A DNA stretch of 64,000 nt from an uncultured Burkholderiales bacterium (GCA_903836575.1 CAILRJ010000104.1:12050-76049), one strand, 5' to 3'; positions 1 through 10,214 are shown, counted from the stretch's first letter. Notes: generated by a model from the sequence alone, not told the origin. Made by a program: numbers and translations.

Positions 1-1286
1 AGGTTGCGTACGATCTGGATCGACAGCTTCAGCGCATAAAGCTGGTTGAAGTAACGGGACGGTAAATCGATCTGGTGGACCGCTGCATCAAGTTGCATCA
101 ATTGATCGCGCCAGAGATCGCGTTGCGCCGTGCCGGGTGCCGGCGTCGTGCGCAGCGCGTCTTCGAGTGCGTTGAGTTCGCGATACCAGTGCGACAGGCG
201 GGTACGGACCCGGAACGCGAGCAGACGCGGCACCGTTTGCAGCAAGGCAAACAACAGCGCCAGCAACGGCACCAGAATCACGAAGCGTTGTTCAATGAAA
301 TTGGCCAGCCAGAATGGCAGGTAATTTTGCAGGAACGGCCGGCCAGTGCGGAAGTAGCGTCTGGCTTGCTCGGAAATCGGGAAATCATCAGTGTGTTGGT
401 TCGGAAATTCATTGCGTGTTGAAAAAAATCCCGCGTCCCCGTGGATTTCAACCGCACTGTCGAGTAATGCATAGACCAGTGACGGATGCAGGCTATTTTT
501 AGCGACCAGCATGGCGGTGGCCGACAGCAGCGTCACATCCTGCGCGGGCAGGTCGCGTTGCAGATCAATCGCGCCGCGCGGGAAAACAACTTTCGACAGC
601 GCCGGAAACTTGCGCACGATGGCATCGGCCTGGCTGAAATTCATCAGCTTCAGATCACTGCCAAGCAGCTTCGCAACTAATGGGGTTTTTGGAATGCCGA
701 TAAAAAATCCGGCATCGATCGCGCCACTGCGCAGTTGCAGTTCGGCTTGTTGGGGTGTCATGTCAGTGAGCGTCGTGTTGCTTGCATTGATGCCGTGTGC
801 CGCCAGCAAAACGATGGTGAGCTTGCGCAAGCCGCTGCCGGTCAGACCAATCGCCAGGCGTTTTCCAGAGAGCTGAGCGATTTGATCGATTGTTGTTGCG
901 CCGTTGTAGAACAGCCAGATCGGTTCATAAGAAACTGCTGCGAGGACTTCGAGGTCGGGCGCGTCACGTGCATTACCAATACCGGACTGCACCAACCCCA
1001 GCTCGATATCGCTATCCGGATCTTTCAGACGCTGATAATTTTCTACCGATCCGGATGATTTGCGCAGTTCAAGACGGATGCCCTGACGCGCAAGTATTTC
1101 GGAATACTTGAGCGCATAGGCGTGGTAGGTGCCGCCGTCATTACCCACACTCATGACGATAATCTTGTGCGGCGACGGTTGCAGCCAGACCCAGCCGATC
1201 CAACTTAGTCCGACGACGACGGCGACGCACAGGGCCGGGACATGCCAGCGTTGTCGCAGTCGTTTGGCAAGCGTGGTGAGTGACAT
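1..1286 (-). CDS. TAXI-family TRAP-type solute-binding-like protein, membrane anchored (partial; C-terminus lies beyond the window start)
   Basis: Absent from the ORF track because no stop codon falls inside the window. Manual minus-strand translation from ATG at 1286 gives MSLTTLAKRLRQRWHVPALCVAVVVGLSWIGWVWLQPSPHKIIVMSVGNDGGTYHAYALKYSEILARQGIRLELRKSSGSVENYQRLKD... and stays open to position 1 (...FIEQRFVILVPLLALLFALLQTVPRLLAFRVRTRLSHWYRELNALEDAL...). It has an N-terminal TM anchor, a TAXI/NMT1-like domain and a C-terminal TM segment. Confidence 0.7.
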   Translation of the reverse strand, partial: MSLTTLAKRLRQRWHVPALCVAVVVGLSWIGWVWLQPSPHKIIVMSVGNDGGTYHAYALKYSEILARQGIRLELRKSSGSVENYQRLKDPDSDIELGLVQSGIGNARDAPDLEVLAAVSYEPIWLFYNGATTIDQIAQLSGKRLAIGLTGSGLRKLTIVLLAAHGINASNTTLTDMTPQQAELQLRSGAIDAGFFIGIPKTPLVAKLLGSDLKLMNFSQADAIVRKFPALSKVVFPRGAIDLQRDLPAQDVTLLSATAMLVAKNSLHPSLVYALLDSAVEIHGDAGFFSTRNEFPNQHTDDFPISEQARRYFRTGRPFLQNYLPFWLANFIEQRFVILVPLLALLFALLQTVPRLLAFRVRTRLSHWYRELNALEDALRTTPAPGTAQRDLWRDQLMQLDAAVHQIDLPSRYFNQLYALKLSIQIVRN

Positions 1287-1347
1287 GGGCTAATCCGAGT
1301 TGGCCGGTACGAATGGCGCGGGTCTGCGGCCCCGTGCTGTTGAGGTG

Positions 1348-1602
1348 TCAGACTTTCTTTTTTTGCTGGACCCGCTGTTGCTGTTTTTTTTGTGTTTGCT
1401 GCTTGTTCTGCTTTTGTTCGAATAGCTTGACTGCGTCCAGTTTTGCCTGCTCTTCCGTGCACATTGCCGGCACATCGTCATGCACACTGAAAAATTCGGC
1501 TTCCTGCGCATCCATCACGATCTTGATCGCGGCAGCGTCATCCAGATCGTAGAGCTCGGTGAGGAGGGTGGTAACTTCATCAAGATATTCTTCGTACGTC
1601 AT
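1348..1602 (-). CDS. small hypothetical protein (acidic N-terminal half, K/Q-rich basic tail)
   Basis: 84-aa ORF with an ATG start, on the same strand as its neighbours and filling the gap between the TAXI gene and recJ. I recognise no family. Confidence 0.5.
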   Translation of the reverse strand: MTYEEYLDEVTTLLTELYDLDDAAAIKIVMDAQEAEFFSVHDDVPAMCTEEQAKLDAVKLFEQKQNKQQTQKKQQQRVQQKKKV

Positions 1603-1723
1603 GCAATGCTTTCATTATTATCGGTGCGAAAAAGTATACGTGGAAAACCTCCCATCGCTTTTTTTATAAACGACTTATTTGCGGTTGTGACCTGGGAGTG
1701 GCTAGCGGTATGCCTCATGCCGA

Positions 1724-3418
1724 TCACGCGCATTCGGCATACTCGACCATCAACTGCACCCGCGTCACACCGTTGTATTCATTGGCATCGAGCCGGTATG
1801 CGACCCGTGCGCGTGCGCCGAGATCGTCGGTGTGACCGAACCAGATGGCGTCGAAGCGCTGGCCATTGCGTTCAAGTTGCAGTTTCAGATGGCGCTCCTT
1901 CAAAATGCGCTGGCTGATGATACGGAACTCGTCACAGAATACCGGCGGCGCGAATCCTTGACCCCAGACCTGGCCGTCGAGCAAGTCAATGAACTGGGTC
2001 GTAAAAAAAGCATCTTCCAGCGAACCATCGTTTTCAAGTACCCGTTCGAGCTGATTTTGCGTCAGCCAGCTGCGTCCGACGGCTTCAAACGCTGCGGCGA
2101 AAGCATCGAAATTTTCTGCCCGCAGCGTCAGGCCGGCGGCCATTGCATGACCGCCAAATTTGTCGATCAAGGTCGGTGCGTGCTTTGAGACCAGATCGAG
2201 TGCATCGCGTAGATGAAAGCCCGGAATCGAGCGTCCGGAACCTTTGATCCAGCCATCGCTGGACGGAGCGAACGTAATTGTCGGTCGATAGAATTTGTCC
2301 TTCAGGCGCGAGGCAACAATACCGATGACGCCTTGATGCCAGCCGGCGTCGAAGACGCTGATGGTCGACTTGTCGTGCGGGTCGAAACTGTCGAGCAATT
2401 CCAGCGCGGTGTCCTGCATTTCGGCTTCGATATCGCGCCGCTCGCGGTTGATCGTATCGAGCTGCTGGGCGATGGCCCAGGCGCGGCCTTCATCGTCGGT
2501 GGTCAGACATTCGATACCGAGCGACATGTCGGCCAACCGGCCGGCGGCGTTGAGGCGTGGGCCAAGTGCGAAGCCGAGATCGAACGGACTGGCCTTGCGC
2601 GCCTCGCGCGCCGAGGCACGAAACAGCGCCGCGACACCGGCGTGCATGCGTCCCGCGCGCATGCGTTTCAAACCTTGGGCAACCAGGATGCGGTTGTTGG
2701 CATCGAGTTTGACGACGTCGGCCACTGTGCCCAGCGCGACCAGATCGAGCAGGACATCGAGTTTGGGTTGGCTTTGCTGGTCGAACAAGCCACGCTTGCG
2801 CATCTCCGCGCGCAAGGCCAGCAACACATAAAACATTACGCCGACACCGGCCAGATTCTTGCTCGGGAAACCGCATTCGGGCTGGTTCGGATTGACGATC
2901 ACGCGTGCTGCCGGCAGCGTATCGGCCGGCAAGTGGTGATCGGTCACGACCACGTCGATGCCGCGCCGGTTGGCTTCGGCGACGCCGTCGATACTGGCGA
3001 TGCCGTTATCGACAGTGACGATGATGTCGGGTGATTTTTCAGCTTGTGCCAGCGCGACGATTTCAGGCGTCAGGCCATAGCCGTATTCGAACCGGTTGGG
3101 CACGATGAAATCGACGTCGGCGCCCAGCATGCGCAAGCCGCGCAAGCCGACCGCGCAGGCGGTGGCGCCATCACAATCGTAATCGGCCACGATCACCAGA
3201 CGTTTTTTTGCGGCAATCGCATCGGCCAGAAAAACGGCTGCCGCGTCGATATGCAGCAAGCCGGATGGCGCGATCATCGATGACAGCTCGCTTGATAATT
3301 CACGCACATCGAGCAAGCCACGTGCGACATACAGGCGCGCCAGCACCGGATGAATGCCATCCTGAATGAGTCGTTCGGTATCGCGCGGAGAGGCAGCGCG
3401 GGTCGCGAGGCGGGTCAT
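1724..3418 (-). CDS. recJ: single-stranded-DNA-specific exonuclease RecJ
   Basis: DHH-family motifs are present (ADYDCDG, VTVDNG, VVVTDHHLP, GGHAMAAG). I trimmed the start to the internal ATG at 3418 (MTRLATRAAS...), which forms an ATGA overlap with the stop of the upstream gene. Confidence 0.95.
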   Translation of the reverse strand: MTRLATRAASPRDTERLIQDGIHPVLARLYVARGLLDVRELSSELSSMIAPSGLLHIDAAAVFLADAIAAKKRLVIVADYDCDGATACAVGLRGLRMLGADVDFIVPNRFEYGYGLTPEIVALAQAEKSPDIIVTVDNGIASIDGVAEANRRGIDVVVTDHHLPADTLPAARVIVNPNQPECGFPSKNLAGVGVMFYVLLALRAEMRKRGLFDQQSQPKLDVLLDLVALGTVADVVKLDANNRILVAQGLKRMRAGRMHAGVAALFRASAREARKASPFDLGFALGPRLNAAGRLADMSLGIECLTTDDEGRAWAIAQQLDTINRERRDIEAEMQDTALELLDSFDPHDKSTISVFDAGWHQGVIGIVASRLKDKFYRPTITFAPSSDGWIKGSGRSIPGFHLRDALDLVSKHAPTLIDKFGGHAMAAGLTLRAENFDAFAAAFEAVGRSWLTQNQLERVLENDGSLEDAFFTTQFIDLLDGQVWGQGFAPPVFCDEFRIISQRILKERHLKLQLERNGQRFDAIWFGHTDDLGARARVAYRLDANEYNGVTRVQLMVEYAECA

Positions 3419-4455
3419 TGCAGCAAGCCTTTCAAGGATGGCTTTTGCCAGAATTTGCGCAGCGTCGTGCGGGTGACGAGATGCTCGGTGATCAGGCTGC
3501 CATGGGTCAGGATCAGGCGACACGAGTCGAGCGCACCGTCTTTCAAGGCTTGCAGCAGTGGCGCGAACCAGAGCGGCTCAAGAGCATTGATGCGTAGCAG
3601 CCACTCCGACAAATCTTCGCCCAGAGCCGGTTCGACCAGCATGTCGAGCAGCAGCAAGCCGTGAACAGGTTTTGCTGCGATCACGTCGCCAATCATCGCG
3701 CTATCGATATGCCTGACCGCTTCGCCACGCCAGTCGGCGAGGTTGAAGACATCGGTATAACGCGACAGCGGCAGACTCGGTTCGGCCGGCGCACCACCCC
3801 ACAGCCAAAGCGAATTGACCGGATCAAGCCGGTTGTCTTCACGCGACTGGTTGACGGCGCAGTCATGCCAGTGCATCTGGATTTCGTTTTGTACTTTGCG
3901 CCAGTCGCGCGCGGACTGGCCTTTCGGCATCCAGATATCGATGTTGTGGCCGCAGGCGGCATCCGGTGTCGCAGTCTGCAAATTGTTCCAGCTGTCCGCG
4001 CGTAAAAACCAGGTGGCGGCGTCGCCATACACCAGTTGCTGGCCAATTTCTTCAAACAGCGGTGCTGCCAGCGCGAACAAGGTACGGGAATCGGCATCGG
4101 CCAGCGCGAGGCGGCGCGGATCGGTCAGTACCAGATGATCGCGGGCGATATGGATATGCACCGGGTTAAGCACAAACCAGATGCCCGACTCCGGCGCGAA
4201 GCCGCGTCGGTGCATTGCCTGCAAGGCTAGCGGTGGACTGCTATCGGGTGTTTCACCCGGCGTTAAGCCGAACGCGCTTGCCAGCCAGGATTCATGCGGC
4301 AGCGCGTGTGCAAACGCATCATGGGTCCGGGCAGGGGTTGGATTGCTGCGCGCCAGCAGCACGGCCAGTGACGGCGTTTGCATCGCACGCAGCAAGTCGG
4401 GACCCATGGCGACAGGAGGGAGGGCAAAAGGCAGAAGGATATCGAGATGGCTCAT
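3415..4455 (-). CDS. conserved hypothetical protein, translationally coupled to recJ
   Basis: Long ORF with typical codon bias. The likely start is MSHLDILLPFALPP at 4455 (the track start at 4497 is also an ATG). Its stop overlaps the recJ ATG. I recognise no family. Confidence 0.7.
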   Translation of the reverse strand: MSHLDILLPFALPPVAMGPDLLRAMQTPSLAVLLARSNPTPARTHDAFAHALPHESWLASAFGLTPGETPDSSPPLALQAMHRRGFAPESGIWFVLNPVHIHIARDHLVLTDPRRLALADADSRTLFALAAPLFEEIGQQLVYGDAATWFLRADSWNNLQTATPDAACGHNIDIWMPKGQSARDWRKVQNEIQMHWHDCAVNQSREDNRLDPVNSLWLWGGAPAEPSLPLSRYTDVFNLADWRGEAVRHIDSAMIGDVIAAKPVHGLLLLDMLVEPALGEDLSEWLLRINALEPLWFAPLLQALKDGALDSCRLILTHGSLITEHLVTRTTLRKFWQKPSLKGLLQ

Positions 4456-4617
4456 GGGCGGATTGTAGGTCAATTCGGCCAATGGTCTGCGTCGCATCGG
4501 TTATGGGTAGACCTGATCTTCCTATCAAACCGTTGCTCCTGAAACAATCGGTAGAGGAGGGGTATAGTCCGCACAGCATTCCTGGACATCCTTTTCCAAT
4601 TACCAAGGAGTAAGACC

Positions 4618-5682
4618 ATGCGCATGAATACGCTCGGCAACACTGGATTATTCGTTTCTGAATTGTGTCTCGGCACAATGACATTTGGTGGCACCGGCGG
4701 CGATATGTGGAGCAAGATCGGCCAGCTGCAGCAAGATGACGCCGACAAGCTGGTACGAACCGCCATCGATGGCGGCATTAATTTCATTGATACCGCCGAT
4801 GTCTACGCTGGCGGTCTGTCCGAAAAAATTACGGGTCAGGCGCTGCGCAATCTCGGTATCGCCCGCAACGAAGTGGTGATCGCCACCAAGGCATTCGGTC
4901 CGATGGGAGCCGGGCCAAATCAGGGCGGTACCTCGCGCGTGCACTTGATCGATGCTTGCAAAGCCAGCCTGCAGCGACTTCAGATCGACCATATCGATCT
5001 GTATCAGATTCACGGGTTCGATGCCGTCACGCCAATGGAAGAGCAATTGCACGCGCTCGACAATCTGGTCCAGCATGGCCATGTCCGGTATGTGGGCGTG
5101 TCGAATTGGGCGGCCTGGCAGATTACCAAGGCATTGGGAATTTCCGAACGTAATCATCTTGCCCGTTTTGTTTCCCTACAGGCGCATTACACGGTGGCCA
5201 GCCGGGATCTGGAACGCGAACTGGTACCGATGATGATTTCCGAAGGCGTTGGACTGATGGTCTGGAGTCCGTTGTCGGGCGGGCTGCTGTCGGGCAAATA
5301 TGATCGTGCGGACGAAAGTGCCGGCACAGGTCGGCGTGCTAATTTCGATTTTCCGCCGGTCAACCGTGAACGTGCTTATGCGGTCATTGACGTGATGCGC
5401 AAGATTGCTGATGGCAAGGGTGTCTCGGTAGCGCAAATTGCGCTGGCCTGGTTGCTCCATCAGCCTGTCGTCACCAGCGTCATCATCGGTGCCAATCGCC
5501 CGGATCAACTGACGGACAATATCGCCGCAAGCAAGGTCGCGTTGTCGAGCGATGAATTGGCGCTGCTCGACAAAGTCAGTGCCTTGCCGGCCGAATATCC
5601 GGGCTGGATGATAGGACGCCAGGGCGCGCCGCGTCTGGCTATGCGCGACCAAGCGCCGCGTGAGGTATTGCTCCCGACTTGA
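4618..5682 (+). CDS. aldo/keto reductase (Tas / Kv-beta-like subfamily)
   Basis: The N-terminus MRMNTLGNTGLFVSELCLGTMTFGG and the motifs GINFIDTADVY and IDLYQIHG are typical AKR signatures. An AAGGAG RBS lies 7 nt upstream of the ATG. Confidence 0.9.
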   Translation: MRMNTLGNTGLFVSELCLGTMTFGGTGGDMWSKIGQLQQDDADKLVRTAIDGGINFIDTADVYAGGLSEKITGQALRNLGIARNEVVIATKAFGPMGAGPNQGGTSRVHLIDACKASLQRLQIDHIDLYQIHGFDAVTPMEEQLHALDNLVQHGHVRYVGVSNWAAWQITKALGISERNHLARFVSLQAHYTVASRDLERELVPMMISEGVGLMVWSPLSGGLLSGKYDRADESAGTGRRANFDFPPVNRERAYAVIDVMRKIADGKGVSVAQIALAWLLHQPVVTSVIIGANRPDQLTDNIAASKVALSSDELALLDKVSALPAEYPGWMIGRQGAPRLAMRDQAPREVLLPT

Positions 5683-5745
5683 GGGAATCAGTAACGGTCA
5701 TTGATTATGTGTATCTGGTCGTGGCTCGCGTGTGCCGTGAGCAAT

Positions 5746-5785
5746 AAAAAACCCGCACGACAATGTCTGTCGCGCGGGTTTTTTA
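5746..5785. terminator. bidirectional rho-independent terminator between convergent genes
   Basis: AAAAAACCCGCACGAC-loop-GTCGCGCGGGTTTTTT: a GC-rich stem flanked by an A-run and a T-run. Confidence 0.7.
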
Positions 5786-5801
5786 TGCAAGGCACAAGCA
5801 C

Positions 5802-6959
5802 TTACAAACTTAACTCCAGCACCTGACGACTCATTTCCAGTGTCACATCGCGACGTTCGCCCAGCGTCGTCATCTTGTGCGCACTGAGTTGTGCCAGCAC
5901 GGCTTCGACGGCGTCGGCGTTGAGTTCGTAATCGGACAAACGGGTCTTGACTCCCATCTGCTCGAAAAATTCCTGGGTCTTGGCGATGGCCGCCTCGATA
6001 CGGGTGTCTTCGTCGCCGTCAGTAAGATGCCAGACGCGTGCCGCATATTGCAGCAGCTTGGCGCGCTTGCCTTCCTTGCGTACGCGCAGCATGGAGGGCA
6101 TCACGATGGCCAGTGTTTGTGCGTGATCAAGGTCATACAGCGCGGTCAGTTCATGCCCGACCATGTGGGTGGCCCAGTCCTGCGGCACACCGGCACCGAT
6201 CAATCCATTGAGGGCCAGCGTCGCACACCACATGATGTTGGCACGGACGTCGTAGTCGTCCGGATTGGCCAGCGCTTTCGGGCCTTCTTCGATCAGCGTT
6301 TGCAGGATGCCTTCGGCGAAGCGGTCCTGTACCGGCGCATTGGCCGGATAGGTCATGTACTGTTCCATCACGTGCGCAAACGCATCGACAACGCCGTTAC
6401 CGATCTGGCGTGTTGGCAGCGTGAAGGTCTTGGCCGGATCGAGGATGGAAAACAGCGGGAAGCAATGCTTGCTCATAAAGGACATCTTGGCTTTGATCGA
6501 CTTGCGCGTGACCACGCCACCATTATTCATTTCCGATCCGGTCGCGGGCAGGGTCAGCACGGCGCCGAAGGGCAGGGCGCTGGTGACGTTACGACCACCC
6601 TTTTCGAGGATGGCCCAGGGCTCACCGTCGAAGTTGGCTGCTGCCGCGATGAATTTGGTACCGTCGATGACGGAGCCACCGCCAACGGCGAGCAGGAAAT
6701 CGATTTTTTCCTTGCGGACAAGTTCGACCGCCTGCATCAGGTTTTCGTAGCTTGGATTGGGTTCGATACCGGAAAATTCATGGAAGGTGAAACCGGCCAG
6801 TGCAGCATGGACTTCGTCCAGCACACCGTTGTTGCGGATGCTGCCGCCACCGAACAACAGCAGTACGCGCGCATCGGCCGGAACAACTTTGGCGAGGTCG
6901 GCGATACGGCCTTTGCCAAACAGGATGCGGGTCGGATTGGCGTAATCAAAATTATTCAT
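5802..6959 (-). CDS. yqhD: NADPH-dependent iron-containing alcohol/aldehyde reductase, YqhD-like
   Basis: Collinear with my recollection of E. coli YqhD along the whole length: MNNF..TRILFGKG, GGGSVIDGTKFIAAAAN, LTLPATGSE, VVDAF.H..EQY, GVPQDWATHM.GHELTA, LDHAQTLAIV.P. Confidence 0.85.
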   Translation of the reverse strand: MNNFDYANPTRILFGKGRIADLAKVVPADARVLLLFGGGSIRNNGVLDEVHAALAGFTFHEFSGIEPNPSYENLMQAVELVRKEKIDFLLAVGGGSVIDGTKFIAAAANFDGEPWAILEKGGRNVTSALPFGAVLTLPATGSEMNNGGVVTRKSIKAKMSFMSKHCFPLFSILDPAKTFTLPTRQIGNGVVDAFAHVMEQYMTYPANAPVQDRFAEGILQTLIEEGPKALANPDDYDVRANIMWCATLALNGLIGAGVPQDWATHMVGHELTALYDLDHAQTLAIVMPSMLRVRKEGKRAKLLQYAARVWHLTDGDEDTRIEAAIAKTQEFFEQMGVKTRLSDYELNADAVEAVLAQLSAHKMTTLGERRDVTLEMSRQVLELSL

Positions 6960-7016
6960 GCGGAGTTCCTTCGAGTGGTTGGGCCACGCGGTATTGCAGC
7001 GCAGCGACAGCTGGCA

Positions 7017-7586
7017 TCATAGACTGGACGACAACTCTTTGCTGCCGATTTGTTCCTGCAACAAGGCGCCTAATCCAGGCACCCGATCCGCATCGACCGG
7101 CCACAAGCCACCGCGCAGGATGGCTCGTGAACATTGCACGAATGCTTGCTCGACACTGACGACCAACACGCTCGTTGGCAACACGCCGTCGAGCACAAAA
7201 CGCGCCAGCAATGACGGCTCGGTACTAATGCGGGCGCGGCCATTGACGCGCAGGCACTGATGGACACCGGGGATCAGGAACAGCAAGCCGATCATCGGAT
7301 TGGCGATCAGGTTGCGCATGCTGTCGATGCGGTTGTTGCCACGCCGGTCTGGCAGCAGCAGCGTGCGCTCGTCACCGATCTCGACAAAGCCGGGACGATC
7401 GCCCCGTGGCGAACAATCCATGCCGGTCGTGCCGCAGGTGGCGACTAGCAGAAACGGTGCAGCGGCTACGAAGCGCTGACTGAGTGCATCAAGATGATCG
7501 ATCTGCTTGCGACTGGCTCGCTCACCGGGCATGCCGTACAACGCTTCGAGTTCGGCAATCGTGTTGATCATGTGCGTGTTGGTCAT
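7017..7586 (-). CDS. pyridoxamine 5'-phosphate oxidase (PPOX)-family FMN-binding protein
   Basis: 189-aa ORF with the pattern ...SPRGD.PGFV......L..PDR.GNN..DS..N...NP.IGLLFL.PG....LRVNG.A, typical of the PPOX-class flavoprotein family. Confidence 0.8.
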   Translation of the reverse strand: MTNTHMINTIAELEALYGMPGERASRKQIDHLDALSQRFVAAAPFLLVATCGTTGMDCSPRGDRPGFVEIGDERTLLLPDRRGNNRIDSMRNLIANPMIGLLFLIPGVHQCLRVNGRARISTEPSLLARFVLDGVLPTSVLVVSVEQAFVQCSRAILRGGLWPVDADRVPGLGALLQEQIGSKELSSSL

Positions 7587-7620
7587 GGTCTTTTATAGTT
7601 GATTCGGGGGACACGGCGGG

Positions 7621-9021
7621 TCAGGCTGCCGGCAAGGTGATCTCGATGATCAGACCGTGGTCGTGACGATTGCGCAAGTGTAACTTACCTGAGTGACGGC
7701 GAATGATGCGTTCGACGATGGCCAGTCCGAGACCGGAACCATTGGCCTGGCCGCGCGCAACGTCAAGACGCGTGAATGGTCGGCGTAGCCGGTCCATCTC
7801 TGATTCGGGAATGCCTTCACCATGATCGCCGACTTCGATCAGCACCTTGCCGCCTTCAACGCAGCAGATCAGGTCAATATCGGTAAATGTGCTGTCGTCG
7901 GTCTTGCCATACCGGCGCGCATTTTCAATCAGGTTGTTTACCACGCGTTTGAGTTCGATCGGATTTCCCCGCGTCGTGATCCCGCTATCGATATGGGTCG
8001 TCATACGGACGTCGGGCAAGCGACTGGCTTCCTGAGCGGCCAGTTCCAGCAACTGCGTCATGTCAATCGGTACGAAACTGGCGACGTCGGTTGGCTTGGC
8101 GTAATCGAGGAACTGGCCGATGATGCCATCCATCTGGGCCAGGTCCGATTGCATGCCATGGCGCGCCTCGTCGCTCAGCTTTGCCATTTCGACTTCAAGC
8201 AGCATGCGTGAAATCGGCGTGCGCAAGTCATGCGAGATGCCGGCCAGAATGACCGCGCGGTCTGATTCGATCCGGTTCAGGTCATCGACCATGTGATTGA
8301 AACTTTGGTTGGCTTCGCGGATTTCGAGCGTCCCGCGCTCTGGAAGTGGTTCGGGTTGCTGGCCCTTGGCAATGGCACGTGCGGCAGCACTCAGGCGGGC
8401 CAACGGCTGGTTGATCAGGCGCGATATGAATCCCGCACCGAGCAGCGCCAGCAACAGCGTCACGGCAGCCCACCCCAGCCACTGGATGCTGGAAGTGCGA
8501 TCGATCCGGTCGCGGTCCAGCATTAGCCAGTAGTCATCGCCGTCGATCTTGAAACTGACCCAGAACCCGGCTACGTCATTGACCTTGCGGGCGAAGCGCG
8601 TGTCGAGGCCCAGCTTGTTGCGTATGCGCATTTGCAGCAAGGGCATCAGGGTGCTGTCGCGAGGAGGTACGACGACGTCGTCGTTTTCAAGGGGGTAGAC
8701 GCGAATGCCCTCGTTGCTGGCCAGATCGAATAACAGTTCGATGCGCATATCCGGTGCCGAGTGGGTCAGCGCCGCGCGTGTGATTGTCACGACCGAGATG
8801 ATCTGGTTGGCGAGTTGTTCGGCCCGCGGTTCACGCTCGACAACACGCAAACTGGCGACCCACGCTGCCATGCTGGCCATGATCAGGAAGGCCAGCAAGA
8901 CGAACGTGCGCCAGAACAGCCCGCTGCGGAACCAGGTGAGCCGGTCCGGGTTGGTGTCTCGTTGAGACAGTAATGTAGTCACAGCAGAGTCAACGCGGCT
9001 GACCTTCGGGAATGAAGACAT
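7621..9021 (-). CDS. envZ: two-component sensor histidine kinase, EnvZ-like
   Basis: Two TM segments, a HAMP region, the H-box GISHDLRTPISRM, and N/G boxes (NLIENARRYG, GDHGEGIP, GSGLGLAIV). It overlaps the end of ompR. Confidence 0.85.
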   Translation of the reverse strand: MSSFPKVSRVDSAVTTLLSQRDTNPDRLTWFRSGLFWRTFVLLAFLIMASMAAWVASLRVVEREPRAEQLANQIISVVTITRAALTHSAPDMRIELLFDLASNEGIRVYPLENDDVVVPPRDSTLMPLLQMRIRNKLGLDTRFARKVNDVAGFWVSFKIDGDDYWLMLDRDRIDRTSSIQWLGWAAVTLLLALLGAGFISRLINQPLARLSAAARAIAKGQQPEPLPERGTLEIREANQSFNHMVDDLNRIESDRAVILAGISHDLRTPISRMLLEVEMAKLSDEARHGMQSDLAQMDGIIGQFLDYAKPTDVASFVPIDMTQLLELAAQEASRLPDVRMTTHIDSGITTRGNPIELKRVVNNLIENARRYGKTDDSTFTDIDLICCVEGGKVLIEVGDHGEGIPESEMDRLRRPFTRLDVARGQANGSGLGLAIVERIIRRHSGKLHLRNRHDHGLIIEITLPAA

Positions 9022-9751
9022 AGCCGAGTCCCCAGACCGTCTGGATGTAAAGCGGGCTCGATGGATCGGGCTCGATTAGTTTGCGCAGTCGGGAAATCTG
9101 CACATCCAGGCTGCGGTCATAGACTTCGTATTCGCGGCCACGGGCCATTTCCATCAGTTTTTCGCGGGATAGCGGCTGGCGGGCATGGCGCGCGAACACC
9201 TTCAGGACGGAGAATTCACCAGTGGTGAGAGCGACACTGACACCACTTTTTTTCAGAGTCCGGGTTCCAAGGTCCAGCACGAATTCACCGAACTCGAACG
9301 ATTGCGGACGTTCCGATGGCGCGCCCGGCAACTCCTCCGGCCCGATACGCCGCAGTACGGCGCTGATGCGTGCGACCAGTTCACGCGGGTTAAAAGGCTT
9401 TGGCAAGTAATCGTCGGCACCCATTTCGAGACCGACGATACGATCGACGTCTTCGCCCTTAGCGGTTAACATGATGATTGGCGTCATGTCGCCGGCGCCA
9501 CGCAGGCGGCGGCAAATCGACAGTCCGTCTTCACCCGGCAGCATCAGGTCCAGTACCAGCAAGTCATAGCGCTCACGCAGCCAGAGCTTGTTCATGGTCT
9601 GCGCATTTTCTGCGGTGATGACATTGAAGCCTTGCTCGGACAGATATCGCCGCAGCAGGTCACGCAAGCGGATGTCGTCGTCGACGACCAGGATTTTTGG
9701 TTGATGGCCAGTTGGGGTCGCAGGCGTGGCGGAGTGAGGTGTCGTATTCAT
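8990..9751 (-). CDS. ompR: OmpR-family response regulator
   Basis: Receiver domain (ILVVDDD, LLVLDLMLPGEDG, MLTAKG) followed by a winged-helix output domain (IQTVWGLGYVF). Confidence 0.9.
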   Translation of the reverse strand: MNTTPHSATPATPTGHQPKILVVDDDIRLRDLLRRYLSEQGFNVITAENAQTMNKLWLRERYDLLVLDLMLPGEDGLSICRRLRGAGDMTPIIMLTAKGEDVDRIVGLEMGADDYLPKPFNPRELVARISAVLRRIGPEELPGAPSERPQSFEFGEFVLDLGTRTLKKSGVSVALTTGEFSVLKVFARHARQPLSREKLMEMARGREYEVYDRSLDVQISRLRKLIEPDPSSPLYIQTVWGLGYVFIPEGQPR

Positions 9752-9912
9752 GGGCCTATGGTAACTTCAGAAATCCGTTTGAAAACCACTGCTTGTGGGG
9801 CATTACAAAATATTACACACTTTACGGAATCAGCCGGCGGCCCATTTGCAAAGGCGCATAGACTTCAAAAGCGATCCGTCCTGCCTTGCCGGACAGCTTC
9901 AAGGAAAATCAA

Positions 9913-10200
9913 ATGAAAACCGTCCTCGGTACCTGCATCATCAGTTTTGTTTTAGCACTCGGCGCGACTTTCGCCCATGCCAATGACCGTGAAGACAGTC
10001 GCCTGCGCCGCGATATCCGCGGTGAGCAACGACCCCAGGATCACGCCACAGAGCAAAGTCGGCCTGTCAATGTACAGGAGTCTGATGCACAAGGAGACCA
10101 GTCGCGTCGACGCGGGGAGCGCATGAGTGCGGAAGAGCGCCGCGCGCTGCGCCGCCAGATCGGCGAAGCTAACAGTAATATCACCGACAAGAAGCGTTAA
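9913..10200 (+). CDS. small secreted Arg/Glu-rich protein, unknown function
   Basis: Trimmed to the ATG at 9913, which follows an AAGGA RBS. Signal peptide MKTVLGTCIISFVLALGATFAHA, then a highly charged sequence ending ...MSAEERRALRRQIGEAN... Confidence 0.6.
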   Translation: MKTVLGTCIISFVLALGATFAHANDREDSRLRRDIRGEQRPQDHATEQSRPVNVQESDAQGDQSRRRGERMSAEERRALRRQIGEANSNITDKKR

Positions 10201-10214
10201 TCCGGAAAACGACC

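Noticed and set aside
2213-3034. 273-aa plus-strand ORF (and similar ORFs at 15337-16062, 17179-17748, 45380-46054, 53585-54320 and 62864-63301).
   Set aside because: All are antisense to genes with strong family signatures (recJ, ABC-F, prmB, flgK, fliK, imuB). None has its own RBS or recognisable motif.
5877-7022. 381-aa plus-strand ORF.
   Set aside because: It is entirely antisense to the well-supported yqhD-like dehydrogenase. Its composition is Gly/Arg/Asp-rich, which is typical of shadow ORFs in GC-biased genes, and I recognise no motifs.
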